Positions 11,246-23,570 of a DNA stretch of 64,000 nucleotides are shown here, in pieces (the first letter of the stretch is position 1; each line of letters begins with the position of its first letter). The DNA is taken from positions 613,459 to 677,458 of the forward strand of contig NW_003314309.1 in the NCBI RefSeq assembly GCF_000143415.4, written 5' to 3'. Both the position numbers and the translations under genes were made by a program. The DNA comes from Selaginella moellendorffii (lineage: Eukaryota > Plantae > Lycopodiophyta). The notes under the pieces are model-generated. The model saw only the letters and a program-made list of their open reading frames with translations, ran no database searches and was not told the origin of the DNA.

Positions 11246-13404
11246 ATGGGAGTTTGCTTCTCGGTGCCCAAGCGGCGAAAACAGGATCCAGCTACTGGAA
11301 ATGCGAAATCGCGAGTGAGACCGGCTGGGCACAACAGGAAGAACAACGCAATCCCTCTTGGGCTACGCACAAATTTTGGGTATGGCAGGGACTTTAAGAG
11401 CAAGTATAGGATCGGAAAGCTTCTCGGGCACGGTCAATTCGGGTACACTTACTCGGCGGTGGAGCTCATGACTGGAGACAAAGTGGCTGTCAAACGAATC
11501 GAGAAGAAGAAGGTGTGTGTGTGTGTGTGTGTGCCTCGATCGCTTGGTTTGATTGCATGTTGATCGCCAATCTCGTTGTCGCAGATGCTACTACCGATTT
11601 CCATCGAGGATGTGAAGAGGGAAGTGAAGATACTGGACGCTTTGTCAGGCCACGAGAATGTGGTCCAGTTCCATGCTGCTTTCGAGGACGATGAGTTCGT
11701 CTACATCGTCATGGAGCTGTGCGAAGGTGGAGAGCTTCTCGATCGAATTCTAGCAAAGTAAGCTCTCGAGTTGCTGTTTTTCTGCTTGGGCTTATTCCTG
11801 CGTTTCTGATCGACAGGAAGGAAGGGAGATACACGGAAAAAGACGCGGCGGTTATTGTCAGGCAAATGCTGAGAGTTGTTGCTCGCTGCCACTTAAACGG
11901 TGTCGTCCATCGTGATTTAAAGCCAGAGGTAAGCAATTCTGCCATGCGTCGAGAGATTGATCGAGAAAACACTTAACTTTTTTCCAGAACTTCTTGTTCA
12001 AGTCCCAGCAAGACGACTCTCTTCTCAGAGCCGTAGATTTTGGCTTATCGGACTTTATCAGGCCTGGTAAGCACCACGCATTGCTCTACATCAATTCAGC
12101 TGTTCTCCACCTTGTCTCACAGGAAAGAGATTCCATGATGTTGTTGGAAGCGCGTACTATGTAGCACCCGAAGTACTGAAAAGAAAGTCTGGGCCAGAGT
12201 CCGATGTTTGGAGTGTAGGTGTCATCACATACATATTGCTATGTGGACGGCGACCTTTCTGGGACAAGACGGAAGCTGGAATCTTCAATGAGGTACGCAA
12301 CCTTTCGCTTCTAGCTACGATAACGTTTTATTCTTCTCAACTCCAGGTGCTGAAAAGAAAACCTGATCTTCGAGAAAGGCCATGGCCATCCATTGGCTCA
12401 AGTGCCAAAGATTTTGTAAGGAAGCTCCTTGTGAAAGATCCCCGTGCCAGATTAACTGCTGCGCAGGCTTTATGTAAGTAGTTTCTCGGTCCGTTTGCGT
12501 TGGATGGTTTTCTCATTTGGATTCTTGTGCGCCTTACAGCTCATCCTTGGGTACGTGAAGGAGGCGACGCTCTGGAAATCCCGCTGGACATCTCTGTACT
12601 TTCGAACATGAGGGAGTTTGTGAAATACAGCCGGCTGAAGCAACTTGCCTTTCGTGTAAGTTAATCGAACGCGTTGTTCTTTCTGGACGTCATTTTGATG
12701 CTTGCTCTCCAGGCTCTGGCTACTACACTCGATCCAGAGGACATAGCAGCTTTGCGTGACCAATTCGACGCTATCGATGCCGATAAAAGCGGGAGTATAT
12801 CACTAGAGGAGATGAAACAGGTATGTTTTCTTTTTCGCTTTCTTTCTGGTGTGGCGAGGACCAATTCGAATCGTGACTTTCTTGACTAGGCTCTAGCCAA
12901 AGACCGTCCCTGGGACCTGAAAGAATCAATGGTCATGGAGATCCTACAAGCTGTGAGTAGCACAAGACCCGCGTTGAGAGAATGTTTTTGTATTGAAATT
13001 GACCCGGCGCTGGTTTTGTTTTGCTACAGATGGACTGTAACTGCGACGGCCTTGTCGATTTCGAAGAGTTCGTGGCAGCAACGCTGCACGTTCATCAGCT
13101 GGAGGATATGGGCTCCGATAAGTGGCAGAAGCGTTCCAAGGCCGCGTTTGACCAGCTCGACGTCGACGGAGACGGCTACATTACGTCAGAAGAACTCAAG
13201 CAGGTATGTTCCGCGAAGAACCACGACTTTGGTCCGTCGACAATCGACGAATCTCTCAACCCGAAACTTGGCTTGCAGTACACGGGGTTGAAAGGGTCGC
13301 TTGGCACGCTCTTGGAGGAGGGAGATATCGATGGAGACGGGAGGATCAGCTTGGCCGAGTTCCAAAAGCTACTCCGGCAAGCAAGTTTGGGATCACGAAA
13401 CTAA
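11246..13404 (+). CDS. Calcium-dependent protein kinase, group IV (CPK16/18/28-like), multi-exon
   Basis: MGVCFS myristoylation/palmitoylation start, [31 protein letters not shown], junction domain, four EF hands ([48 protein letters not shown]). Confidence 0.95.
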
Positions 13405-13634
13405 CAGTAAGGTCAGGAAGAATCCTTTCCTTGGCCGCATTCTTTTTGGGTAGTGTATAGACTGAGGGACAGGCCCACGCTACTCGCAGCAGCAACAAAG
13501 CTGGTGTACAAACCAAAGGTTTTTACTTTTTTGTCAAATTGTACAAAGAACGGGGACCATTTTTCCCATGTAAAACTTTCGCTGGTTACAAAGAGAAACA
13601 GTGGAACAAGAAAAATAAAGCCGAGTTTTTCTTG

Positions 13635-14691
13635 TCATGGTTTTACTTGCTCTCGGATAAAAGTTTGGACCTCGCCAACCTTGCCGGTGATCACGGAAGT
13701 TTCGACCATGGTAACTTTGTTAACGCAGTGAGAGAACTTGAATGGCTCGCCATCGATGCCCGGCTTGATTTCGGCCGCAACGTCGGAGCCTTCGAGTGTT
13801 GTCCGGGTTACTCGCAGCTTGTCCCTGGAATTTGGGAAACGAAGAGAATCTAAGATAAACTTGACTTGGAATGAAGTTTTTTAGAACTTACAGCTCCTTT
13901 TCCAATTGCTTCCGGATGAAATCGACCGAGTGAGCCGTGACTTTGTCACACTTGTTACACACAATCAGCACCGGGAGTTTTCGCTTCACAACCAGTGGCT
14001 TGGAAAGTACCTCGTAGAGATATCTACACGAGAAAAAGGAGAAGTTTTTATCGACTAGGAGTGTGTCACAAGTTACTTACTCGGCAGTGGATCGGACATT
14101 TGGAACAAAGTCTAGAGCGTCAACCATGAAGAGAATACCTTGAGCTTTTGGAAGATAGTCATCAAGAAGCGGCCTTAGCTTAGGATGTCCCGGCAGATCA
14201 ACAACGTGAACTGGTTTGATCTTTCCACTCTGAAAAGGAAAGAAGAGAAGAAGGAAAGCTTAGGTTTTGCAAGTTCTTGCTAGAATTTCTACCTTGGAAA
14301 TCTCCGAGTGGAGAAGGAAAGTGTCTTCGTTTGGCACCATTGATGTAACAGTTCCTTCGTAGAGCGATGAATCACGAAGCTGTGAAAACCACCAGAACAA
14401 GTCTATAATCGTCTAGAAAAAAGTTTCGAAGGAGAATTTACCTGGTAGAAGAGCGCAGTCTTTCCAGATCCACTAAGCCCCAGAATCACGATCGTGTTGC
14501 GCTTCTTCCGCCTGAGCGACGCCACCAGCACTGATCAAACCGAGTAAAGAGTTCTTTCGGATTCACAAAAGAAATTTTTGGCAAGATCGCAGCATACCCG
14601 AGACAAGAAGCAAGAGTGTGACAAGAAACACCGCCGCAGTAGTGTAGAGTGCCGTGTCCGCAGAGAAACGCCGCAGCTCCACCTGCGCCAT
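13635..14691 (-). CDS. Signal recognition particle receptor beta subunit (SR-beta GTPase), multi-exon
   Basis: Spliced reading: N-terminal TM (TALYTTAAVFLVTLLLLVS), TIVILGLSGSGKTALFYQL, GTVTSM, VDLPGHPKLR, LIVCNKCDK; stop at 13635-13637. Confidence 0.88.
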
Positions 14692-14953
14692 AGCTGGAAG
14701 GAGAAAGAAAACCCTAGTCTATCCGACGTGGCCGAGACAGGAATATGCTAAAACGCCATTTGGAATATTCTCTGTATTCAAAGTCTTCAGCCAGTTGCCA
14801 TGTATGATCGTTGGTGTCCCATTTTGACTCACCATCTCTTTGATATGGTCCCACTTAATACACGTCTTTAATACGCGTCTTTCCCTTGAGATTGGATGTA
14901 TAAATCCAGAAGCAGTACCTCAATCTTGCTTGCATCTTGTATGATTCATTATC

Positions 14954-16557
14954 ATGGCAAAGAAGCAAAAGTTTGTGTCACTAGCTACTATCTTGGCGAT
15001 CATATTGACCATGGTTGATCTCCAAGCGAGAGCTTCAATCTCAGTTCACAAGGGCAACCTTGCGGATCTCTCATGCTTCACCGCCATCTTGAGCATGAAT
15101 GGCGACGCCTCGCACAAATCCAACTGGTGGCAGTTCCTCCAGTACTTGCAATCCAGCAGCGACCAGGCCTTCCTGGGGTACATGGTCTCCAACTTCACTG
15201 GCCAGAGCAATCTCACAGCGGAGATCCGCGAGAAAGGGGGACTCCTGTCCACCAGGAACGCTTCCCTCATGGAATTCCACTCGGTCTCCAAGATCAATAA
15301 GCTGGGAAGCATGGAGATCACGATGTGGGCTTTGGGATTCCTCTGCCTGGATGAGGCTCCAAGCTGCGTCAAGTTCACACCCGTGGTGCTCCAAGCGATC
15401 CCTGGTTCTTCCCCAAGCAAGTTGGGGTTTTTCAGCTTGTGGGAAGAGCAGGACGGCGGGATCCTGGCGAACTCGGTCGCGTCCAAAGTGCTGACCCTCG
15501 AGAATTGGAGCATGAGCAAGGAGAGTTTGAGTGGAATGAATCTGAGAAGCCTCGACGCCAAGCTCGATCTCTGCAAAGGCTTGGAACTTCATCCAGCGCA
15601 TGACAGGAGCAACCAGGAATTATTGGGAGGTCTTGATCTGCAGAGCTTCGACGTGAAAACAGCCCCGGAAGCCGCGGGATTCAGGCTCAACGAGAGGGTG
15701 ACAAACATCACTCGACCAAACAGGCGCTTGTGTTTGCTGGGGATCGATGACAACACCACCGGATCATCTTTGGATTCCTCGTTGTCCTTCGACTTGCGAA
15801 CCACGACGACACTGGTAGAAATCCTGGGCTCTTTTATGTCTCAAGTCAAGAATTCTTACATCCAAGCACAGAGCTCGGCGCTAGATCTCGAGCATCCCGG
15901 CACCGATTTCTGGGTGGCCGCGGTCGCGCTCCCCGGCGCATTCATCGCGGTCGTAGCTGCGGCGCAGCCTTTCATCAACTTCCAGCTCACGTTCTTCCGA
16001 AACTTGGTGAGATCACAGGGCTGGAAAACGGCCGTTCTGTGTGTCAGTAACTCCGTGCTCGCTCTCGGCTCGTACTCGGCGATCATCACCGTGACCCCAT
16101 CCGAGATCCAGAGGCAGGAGAGACTGAGGACCTGGGGATTGCTTGCAGACCAGGTTCCAATCACGAACCGTGGCCTCCAAGTTTTGGTAGTGGTCAAGGG
16201 GGAATCAAGTTACAGATCGGACAGCCTCTTGCTTGTGTGGTGTTCCACCGCCGTGCTTGTTCCTGTCATCGCCTGGATGACGTTTTACAGGTGCAAGCAA
16301 GTGTTTACGTGAGGAGGATGCTCAAACTCTTGGCTGAGCTGGAGCCTGAACGCCACGACGCCGACGAAAGCAATGACGAGAGACTTGATGACCTGCGAGC
16401 CATTGAGATGGGTTCCGTGGAGCAGCGGCAACTCGAGAAGAGGCTTGCAAAGATGAACGCCATGCCTGGGACGAGCATGGTGACATCTGTTAAATCACTG
16501 GCTCGCCAAAGACAATCCTTAACACGTAGGCATTCATGCACGAGGCAAAATGCGTAA
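14954..16557 (+). pseudogene. Orphan membrane protein copy 1; 1-bp deletion near 16305 truncates the C-terminal tail
   Basis: gtgtttacg here versus gtgttttacg in copy 2; the tail continues in the shifted frame 16237-16557. Confidence 0.65.
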
Positions 16558-16902
16558 CATCGAAATCTAACTTGTAAAATATTCTTCAAGCTCCTACCCT
16601 CTCCAAATTCTTTAAACGGCTTCTACAACTGCTGTGGAATCTGCTAACCACCAACTGAATGTGGTATTTGCTACTGTGCTGAACGCTGGTACGACTGTTG
16701 AACTAGACCTTTTGACTTCAGAAAAACGAATGCATTTTCATCCAAAGGCCACTACATTTGCTGGGCAGTACTAATTATAATTTCTCAGATTGTGCCGCTG
16801 TGCCATGGCTGTATTTTTATGACTTCAAAATTGATTTTTCTCTCTTCAGATCTGATTATCTTCCCTAAAAAATTGATTTCTCATTAGGGTAACGTAATTG
16901 TG

Positions 16903-17519
16903 ATGGCTTTCCCGCCGCGCCATATGCATATCCATCCGCCAGATGAAGTGGGATTGGAGGAGGCAACGTTAATCAAAAGGGGAAGAGCGGTCAGCGCCGT
17001 GCCAGGGGATCTAGCTGATATAAGGGCGTTTGCAACATGAGCTGTAGGTAAGGGTTTGTTTGTGCTGGTCTGTTTGCCTTCTTTCCTGACTATCTTATGA
17101 TACAATGCCCCAAGTGCCTCAGGAGGGGCTACCGAATTTGGTGCCCTTCTCGGATGTGGTTTGCGACTTCACGCTTCCGTTCAGAGGTCGAGACGGCCTC
17201 GTGCAAAAGCTTGCAGAGACGATTGACGACCTTCACAACTTTCGCATCTAGCGGGATTAGCAGAGAGCAGGCACTCTTCGTCACTTTGGAGGGCCTTGCT
17301 GGAGTGGGGAAGACTCGATTTCTTTTAGAGACCAAGGAGCGTGTTGGAGAGGCACTTAAAGGTAGGGCATCAGCATTGCAGGAGCTTCATCGTGTTGGAG
17401 CTACAGCAGCGGTGTACATCACCTTCAGTGGCTCGGCTGTTGGCCATTCATCACCTCATCTTCTGCATCCGGCTTTTGTGGCAATCTGTAAGGAGAGAGG
17501 TGGTTACCGTTCTGGCCGG
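16903..17519 (+). pseudogene. 5' fragment A of the Crinkler-like P-loop NTPase gene
   Basis: FRGRDGLVQKL then, after a frameshift, Walker A EGLAGVGKTRF; near-identical to 44600-45000; cut off at the duplication junction. Confidence 0.75.
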
Positions 17520-17845
17520 GATGCATCACGAAGCTGTGAAAACCACCAGAACAAGTCTATAATCGTCTAGAAAATAGTTTCGAAGGAGAATTTACCTGGT
17601 AGAAGAGCGCAGTCTTTCCAGATCCACTAAGCCCCAGAATCACGATCGTGTTGCGCTTCTTCCGCCTGAGCGACGCCACCAGCACTGATCAAACCGAGTA
17701 AAGAGTTCTTTCGGATTCACAAAAGAAATTCTTGGCAAGATCGCAGCATACCCGAGACAAGAAGCAAGAGCGTGACAAGAAACACCGCCGCAGTAGTGTA
17801 GAGTGCCGTGTCCGCAGAGAAACGCCGCAGCTCCACCTGCGCCAT
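17520..17845 (-). pseudogene. Truncated duplicate of the 5' exons of SR-beta
   Basis: Copy of 14367-14694 lacking most of the GTPase domain. Confidence 0.85.
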
Positions 17846-18082
17846 AGCTAGTCTATCCGACGTGGCCCAGAAAGGAATATGCTAAAACGCCATTTGGAAT
17901 ATTCTCGGTATTCAAAGTCTTCAGCCGCCTTCCAGTTGCCATGTATGATCGTTGGTGTCCCATTTTGACTCACCATCTCTTTGATATGGTCCCACATAAT
18001 ACACGTCTTTCCCTTGAGATTGGATGTATAAATCCAGAAGCAGTACCTCAAATCCTTCTTGCATCTTGTATGATTCACTATC

Positions 18083-19687
18083 ATGGCAAAGAAGCAAAAG
18101 TTTGTGTCACTAGCCACTATCTTGGCGATCATATTGACCATGGTTGATCTCCAAGCGAGAGCTTCAATCTCAGTTCACAAGGGCAACCTTGCGGATCTCT
18201 CATGCTTCAGCGCCATCTTGAGCATGANNNNNNNNNNNNNNNNNNNNNNNNNNNNNNNNNNNNNNNNNNNNNNNNNNNNNNNNNNNNNNNNNNNNNNNNN
18301 NNNNNNNNNNNNNNNNNNNNNNNNNNNNNNNNNNNNNNNNNNNNNNNNNNNNNNNNNNNNNNNNNNNNNNNNNNNNNNNNNCAGGAACGCTTCCCTCATG
18401 GAATTCCACTCGGTCTCCAAGATCAATAAGCTGGGAAGCATGGAGATCACGATGTGGGCTTTGGGATTCCTCTGCCTGGATGAGGCTCCAAGCTGCGTCA
18501 AGTTCACACCCGTGGTGCTCCAAGCGATCCCTGGTTCTTCCCCAAGCAAGTTGGGGTTTTTCAGCTTGTGGGAAGAGCAGGACGGCGGGATCCTGGCGAA
18601 CTCGGTCGCGTCCAAAGTGCTGACCATCGAGAATTGGAGCATGAGCAAGGAGAGTTTGAGTGGAATGAATCTGAGAAGCCTCGACGCCAAGCTCGATCTC
18701 TGCAAAGGCTTGGAACTTCATCCAGCGCATGACAGGAGCAACCAGGAATTATTGGGAGGTCTTGATCTGCAGAGCTTCGACGTGAAAACAGCCCCGGAAG
18801 CCGCGGGATTCAGGCTCAACGAGAGGGTGACAAACATCACTCGACCAAACAGGCGCTTGTGTTTGCTGGGGATCGATGACAACACCACCGGATCATCTTT
18901 GGATTCCTCGTTGTCCTTCGACTTGCGAACCACGACGACACTGGTAGAAATCCTGGGCTCTTTTATGTCTCAAGTCAAGAATTCTTACATCCAAGCACAG
19001 AGCTCGGCGCTAGATCTCGAGCATCCCGGCACCGATTTCTGGGTGGCCGCGGTCGCGCTCCCCGGCGCATTCATCGCGGTCGTAGCTGCGGCGCAGCCTT
19101 TCATCAACTTCCAGCTCACGTTCTTCCGAAACTTGGTGAGATCACAGGGCTGGAAAACGGCACTTCTGTGTGTCAGTAACTCCGTGCTCGCTCTCGGCTC
19201 GTACTCGGCGATCATCACCGTGACTCCAGCCGAGATCCAGAGGCAGGAGAAACTGAGGACCTGGGGATTGCTTGCAGACCAGGTTCCAATCACGAACCGT
19301 GGCCTCCAAGTTTTGGTAGTGGTCAAGGGGGAATCAAGTTACAGATCGGACAGCCTCTTGCTTGTGTGGTGTTCCACCGCCGTGCTTGTTCCTGTCATCG
19401 CCTGGATGACGTTTTACAGGTGCAAGCAAGTGTTTTACGTGAGGAGGATGCTCAAACTCTTGGCTGAGCTGGAGCCTGAACGCCACGACGCCGACGAAAG
19501 CAATGACGAGAGACTTGATGACCTGCGAGCCATTGAGATGGGTTCCGTGGAGCAGCGGCAACTCGAGAAGAGGCTTGCAAAGATGAACGCCATGCCTGGG
19601 ACGAGCATGGTGACATCTGTTAAATCACTGGCTCGCCAAAGACAATCCTTAACACGTAGGCATTCATGCACGAGGCAAAATGCGTAA
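18083..19687 (+). CDS. Orphan membrane protein copy 2: N-terminal hydrophobic signal, ~290-aa ectodomain, ~3 TM segments, charged tail (534 aa, spans an N gap)
   Basis: Long intronless ORF; hydrophobic stretches FWVAAVALPGAFIAVVAAAQ, ALLCVSNSVLALGSYSAIITV and LLLVWCSTAVLVPVIAWMTFY; no family recognised. Confidence 0.7.
   Translation: MAKKQKFVSLATILAIILTMVDLQARASISVHKGNLADLSCFSAILSMXXXXXXXXXXXXXXXXXXXXXXXXXXXXXXXXXXXXXXXXXXXXXXXXXXXXRNASLMEFHSVSKINKLGSMEITMWALGFLCLDEAPSCVKFTPVVLQAIPGSSPSKLGFFSLWEEQDGGILANSVASKVLTIENWSMSKESLSGMNLRSLDAKLDLCKGLELHPAHDRSNQELLGGLDLQSFDVKTAPEAAGFRLNERVTNITRPNRRLCLLGIDDNTTGSSLDSSLSFDLRTTTTLVEILGSFMSQVKNSYIQAQSSALDLEHPGTDFWVAAVALPGAFIAVVAAAQPFINFQLTFFRNLVRSQGWKTALLCVSNSVLALGSYSAIITVTPAEIQRQEKLRTWGLLADQVPITNRGLQVLVVVKGESSYRSDSLLLVWCSTAVLVPVIAWMTFYRCKQVFYVRRMLKLLAELEPERHDADESNDERLDDLRAIEMGSVEQRQLEKRLAKMNAMPGTSMVTSVKSLARQRQSLTRRHSCTRQNA
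18227..18381. other. Assembly gap (N run)
   Basis: 155 Ns; the equivalent interval in copy 1 is about the same length. Confidence 0.99.
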
Positions 19688-20040
19688 CATCGAAATCTAA
19701 CTTGTAAAATATTCTTCAAGCTCCTACCCTCTCCAAATTCTTTAAACGGCTTCTACAACTGCTGTGGAATCTGCTAACCACCAACTGAATGTGGTATTTG
19801 CTACTGCTTGCTTGCTGAATGCTGGTACGACTGTTGAACTAGAACTTTTGACTTCAGAAAAACGAATGCATTTTCATCCAAGGCCACTACATTTGCTGGG
19901 GAGTACTAATTATAATTTCTCAGATTGTGCCACTGTGCCATGCTCGACGGCATGGCTGTATTTTTATGACTTCAAAATTGATTTTTCTCTCAATTATCTT
20001 CCCTAAAAAATTGATTTCTCATTAGGGTAACGTAATTGTG

Positions 20041-20610
20041 ATGCCTTTCCTCCTGCCGCCGCGCCGCATGCATATCCATCAAGCTGATGCAAGGGCATTT
20101 GCAACATGGCTCCAGGAAAATCTTCCTTTGGTGCATGCCATTCTTACCTTCTATGGCTGGATGGAGATTGTAGGGTTGCAAGGGTGCAATGATCCGCTTC
20201 CTCGTGAGTTCACTATCCATTTGCGTGAAGCTCGCCCAGTTGAAGGTAAGGGTTTGTTTGTGGTTTGTTTGTGCTGGTTGGCTGGTTGCTGTTTGCCTTC
20301 TTTGCTGACTATCTTACGATACAGTGCCCCAAGTGCCTCAGGAGGGGCTACCGAATTTGGTGCCCTTCTCGGATGTGGTTTGCAACTTCACGCTTCCGTT
20401 CAGAGGTCGAGATGGCCTCGTGCAGAAGCTCGCAGAGACGATTGATGACCTTCACAACTTTCGCATCTAGTGGGATTAGCAGAGAGCAGGCGGAAGACTC
20501 GATTCCTTTTAGAGACCAAGGAGCGTGTTGGAGAGGCGCTTAAAGGCAATTTATAATTTCAAAACCAAGAAAATAATTAATTTGTCTTTGAATTCAATTT
20601 ATTTCTTCTC
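20041..20610 (+). pseudogene. Internally deleted copy B of the Crinkler-like NTPase gene
   Basis: Exon 1, intron and start of exon 2 homologous to 21390-21439 / 44479-44845, then a jump to sequence resembling the 3' flank at 46580-46625 (accaagaaaa..tttgtctttgaattcaat). Confidence 0.7.
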
Positions 20611-21271
20611 CAAAAAAGACTTACTCTAGCTTGTAGGCACCTCCCTGTCAATTGTTTCTAACTAGCTTTGCATGCCTGCTTACTTGCTTCTGCTGATGCT
20701 GCACACGTCCAGAATTATAGCCTTGTCCACCACTGTTGGAGAATCTCATAAGACAGAAAAAGACTCTGATCTGTATTGCCCTTTGAAGTCTCACATCTCA
20801 CATCTTGATATACATCAGCAGTTCTCTAGAATCACACCACCATTTGCTCTAGTAGCATAGTGATGGTGAAGCTTTTCTGAATTTATATGATGCACATTTT
20901 GATCTTTAAAGATTTGTGTCAAAGTTTAGAAATGCTCATGAACTTTTCGTGCAAGGATAAGTATTGAAAAATCAATTACAAACACCCTACAATTAAACCA
21001 TATAAAAGTACTCCATAATTTTAAAATTAAACTTTTCAAGTTTAATTAATTTAAAGCAAATAAATCCATCCATTTTATCTAGAATCTAAATTTGCAATTA
21101 GGGAGCATATCCTTTGGTCAAAGACTTAGTCAAACAGGTGCCAATCTATACCTGATTGAAATCAAGATATTATAATATTTAAAAGATGCTTTTAAAATCT
21201 TTTTGTTTGCAACCTAAGGTTAGGGTTTCCTTGCTTTAGGGCTCTAGCAATATTAAAATAACTTAATTGTG

Positions 21272-21439
21272 ATGGCGAATGCCCTTACATCTAACATCAA
21301 TCCATCTTCAAGAAAATGAATTGGAGAAGGCTTTGCTAGTCACGAAGGCAAGAGCATTTAAGTCAGTGCTGGAGGATTTAACTAATGTAAGGGCATTTGC
21401 AACATATCTCCAAGAAAATCTACCATTGGTGCATGCCAT
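21272..21439 (+). pseudogene. 5' part of copy C of the Crinkler-like gene, interrupted by the LTR nest
   Basis: gcatttgcaaca...caagaaaatct..cattggtgcatgccat matches 20095-20141 and resumes after 44478. Confidence 0.75.
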
Positions 21440-22444
21440 TGTAAGCGACTAAATTTTCCATTCTACTTTAATCACTTAACCACACCTTCAACCACTTAGA
21501 GGAGTCTCATTCATAACGTCCATAAGTCCTATTTTGGACTTGGGGACTTGCTAACCCTAGGAATGGCATCCATGCCACTCCACCATTGCACTTGGTCCAA
21601 GTGCTCCACGTGCCTGGTCCCATGGCCGACACCCCTAAGGTACCACTGACATACTAGCCCGTTACGCTAAGGCCATGCCCCTTTACCTTGGTCACACCGG
21701 TGGTCCAACACCACTTGCATCGAAATCCCGACTCTCAAGGATTGGGCCATCTGTCCAGGAGTGACCATCCAAGATCCACTCCTTAACATCTTTAAGATGC
21801 CCGCAAATATGGGGAATAACCTTCCTTAATATCCCTTTTACAGTCCCCACCAAGTCCCTCTTCTGTCTATGGCTGTGTTTGCCAACATTGCCACTGGGAC
21901 AGGGCCCATAGGCTTGACCACTAAGTCCTACTATCCTCTGGGATTTCCTCACCACATAACCATACCATTGGTCACTACACTAGAGGGCCATTCCTCTTCC
22001 TTTCCATAGTCTAGGACTTTGGGACAACATTTCAAAACACTGTAGCCTTACGCAAGCCTCATGGGTACTTTCCCCACCTTCTGCCTTTTAGTGATTTAGC
22101 CATGGGCTTAGAGTGAGGTTCCGTTGAGCCACACCAGGTATCCAAGTAGGTAGTGCCACCCACACTTGAACTGGGAGCATCGACTATTCGATTTCCCAGA
22201 GGAACTAGAGCCAACTCTTGAACACTTCACCAAGCTACCCCACTTGATAGTCCGTATTCACTTTAGCCTTGGACCTCCCAATGGTTATCCCGTCACCCAA
22301 CACCTGGGCATGGCCTTCCTGGGCTAAACTGGCTTTTCCTGGCCAAACTGGCTTCATTGGAGTCCTCCCCCTCACTATACTTTTGGAGCTCACCAAATCC
22401 CCTAGGGTCTGGGAGATGAATGCTTTGGGCTTTCACCCTCTCAG

Positions 22445-22800
22445 ACTCGAACTCGGACTCAAGTTCGGACTCGGTCTCGGCCTCGGCCTCGGTCTCGGTC
22501 TCGGTCTTGATCTCAGTCTCGGTCTCGGTCTCTGTCCCGGTCTTGGTCTTGGTCTTGGTCTCGACCTCGGACTCCATCTCGGGTCCTTCTTGGACTCCAT
22601 CTCGAATTCCATCTCGGGTCCATCTCGGACTCCACCTCGGACTCTGTCTCGGTCCATCTTGGACTCCATCTCGAACTCCATCTTGGGTCCATCTCGGACT
22701 CTATCTTGGATCCCTCTCAGACTCCATCTCGGACTCTGTCTCGGTCCATCTCGGACTCCATCTCGGACTCCAACTCGGGTCCATCTCAAACTCCATCTCG
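22445..22800. repeat. CG-rich 6/12-bp tandem array (TCGGTC, TCGGACTCCATC) in the element 1 LTR; counterpart at ~43705-44205
   Basis: Direct inspection; copy number differs between the two LTRs. Confidence 0.9.
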
Positions 22801-22989
22801 GATACTTCCACATGTCATGTGTTGGTTCTTTTGGGTCCCTTTTTGGAACTTCGCTTATTGCTCGCTTCATGCTTGTTCCTCGAGCACTTTGTTGGGAGTT
22901 CCACTCCCGCTTTCAACTTTTCAAGTCGGAGCTTTTAGTCCAAACGTGTTACGCTCGTTTGGCTTTCGCTTCGGCCACTACTACGTGGC

Positions 22990-23570
22990 TGTAGCGCACC
23001 TTATCTCTCTCCCCTTAAGCCAACTGGAAAAGGGGCAATTGCTTGATGAGAGAGCCCTTAGTGGCTATTTTATCCCCATTTATCCCCCAAGGTTCCAAGG
23101 ATCCACGGTGACAATATATCCAAATCTCATCCCATGATCACATGCGCTACATTCACCCCCCCTTTAGAGATGTCAATGTCCTCATTGACTATTGACTAGT
23201 AACCCCTACTGAGCCAAGGGGAACCAGCACCTCCATTTCCGCACTCAATCTACCAATCCTTCCATTGAGGAAGGACGTACGCATGGATGCCCAATACGTA
23301 CGATTTCAAATTTAGGGGTAGGAATATACCTTGCTCAAGGGTATATTATATTTTAGGTAGCCACTAATTAATGGGAATCGAACCCGTGCCATTTTCTCTG
23401 ATACCAACTGTAGCGCACCTTATCTCTCTCCCCTTAAGCCAACTGAAAAAGGGGCAATTGCTTGATGAGAGAGCCCTTAGTGGCTATTTTATCCCCATTT
23501 ATCCCCCAAGGTTCCAAGGATCCACGGTGACAGTATATCCAAATCTCATCCCATAATCACATGCGTTACA
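22990..23570 (-). mobile_element. Complete TRIM (581 bp) with 162-bp LTRs at 22990-23151 and 23409-23570; TSD GTGGC
   Basis: LTRs differ at 4 positions; reverse PPT TTCACCCCCCCTTT; reverse PBS TCTCTGATACCA; the empty site (catgtggcagcc) is visible in the sister LTR near 44421. Confidence 0.96.

Larger units (their letters stand above)
14367..20550. repeat. Tandem duplication of a ~3.15 kb unit (~14367-17519 and ~17520-20550)
   Basis: 17525 onward (atcacgaagctgtgaaaaccacc...) repeats 14371 onward; the large ORFs are nearly identical; the NTPase-fragment tails are more diverged. Confidence 0.9.

Noticed and set aside
22445-22800. Regular short repeats superficially like a CRISPR array
   Set aside because: No unique spacers, eukaryotic context, and located within LTRs
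22269-22994. Long GL/SR/RP-repeat ORFs (also 43442-44377, 26760-26997, 33068-33447, 39057-39466)
   Set aside because: They are translations of the 6/12-bp arrays in LTRs and are open in several frames and on both strands
22990-23570. Possible Cassandra-type TRIM
   Set aside because: No recognisable 5S rRNA-like segment in the 162-bp LTR
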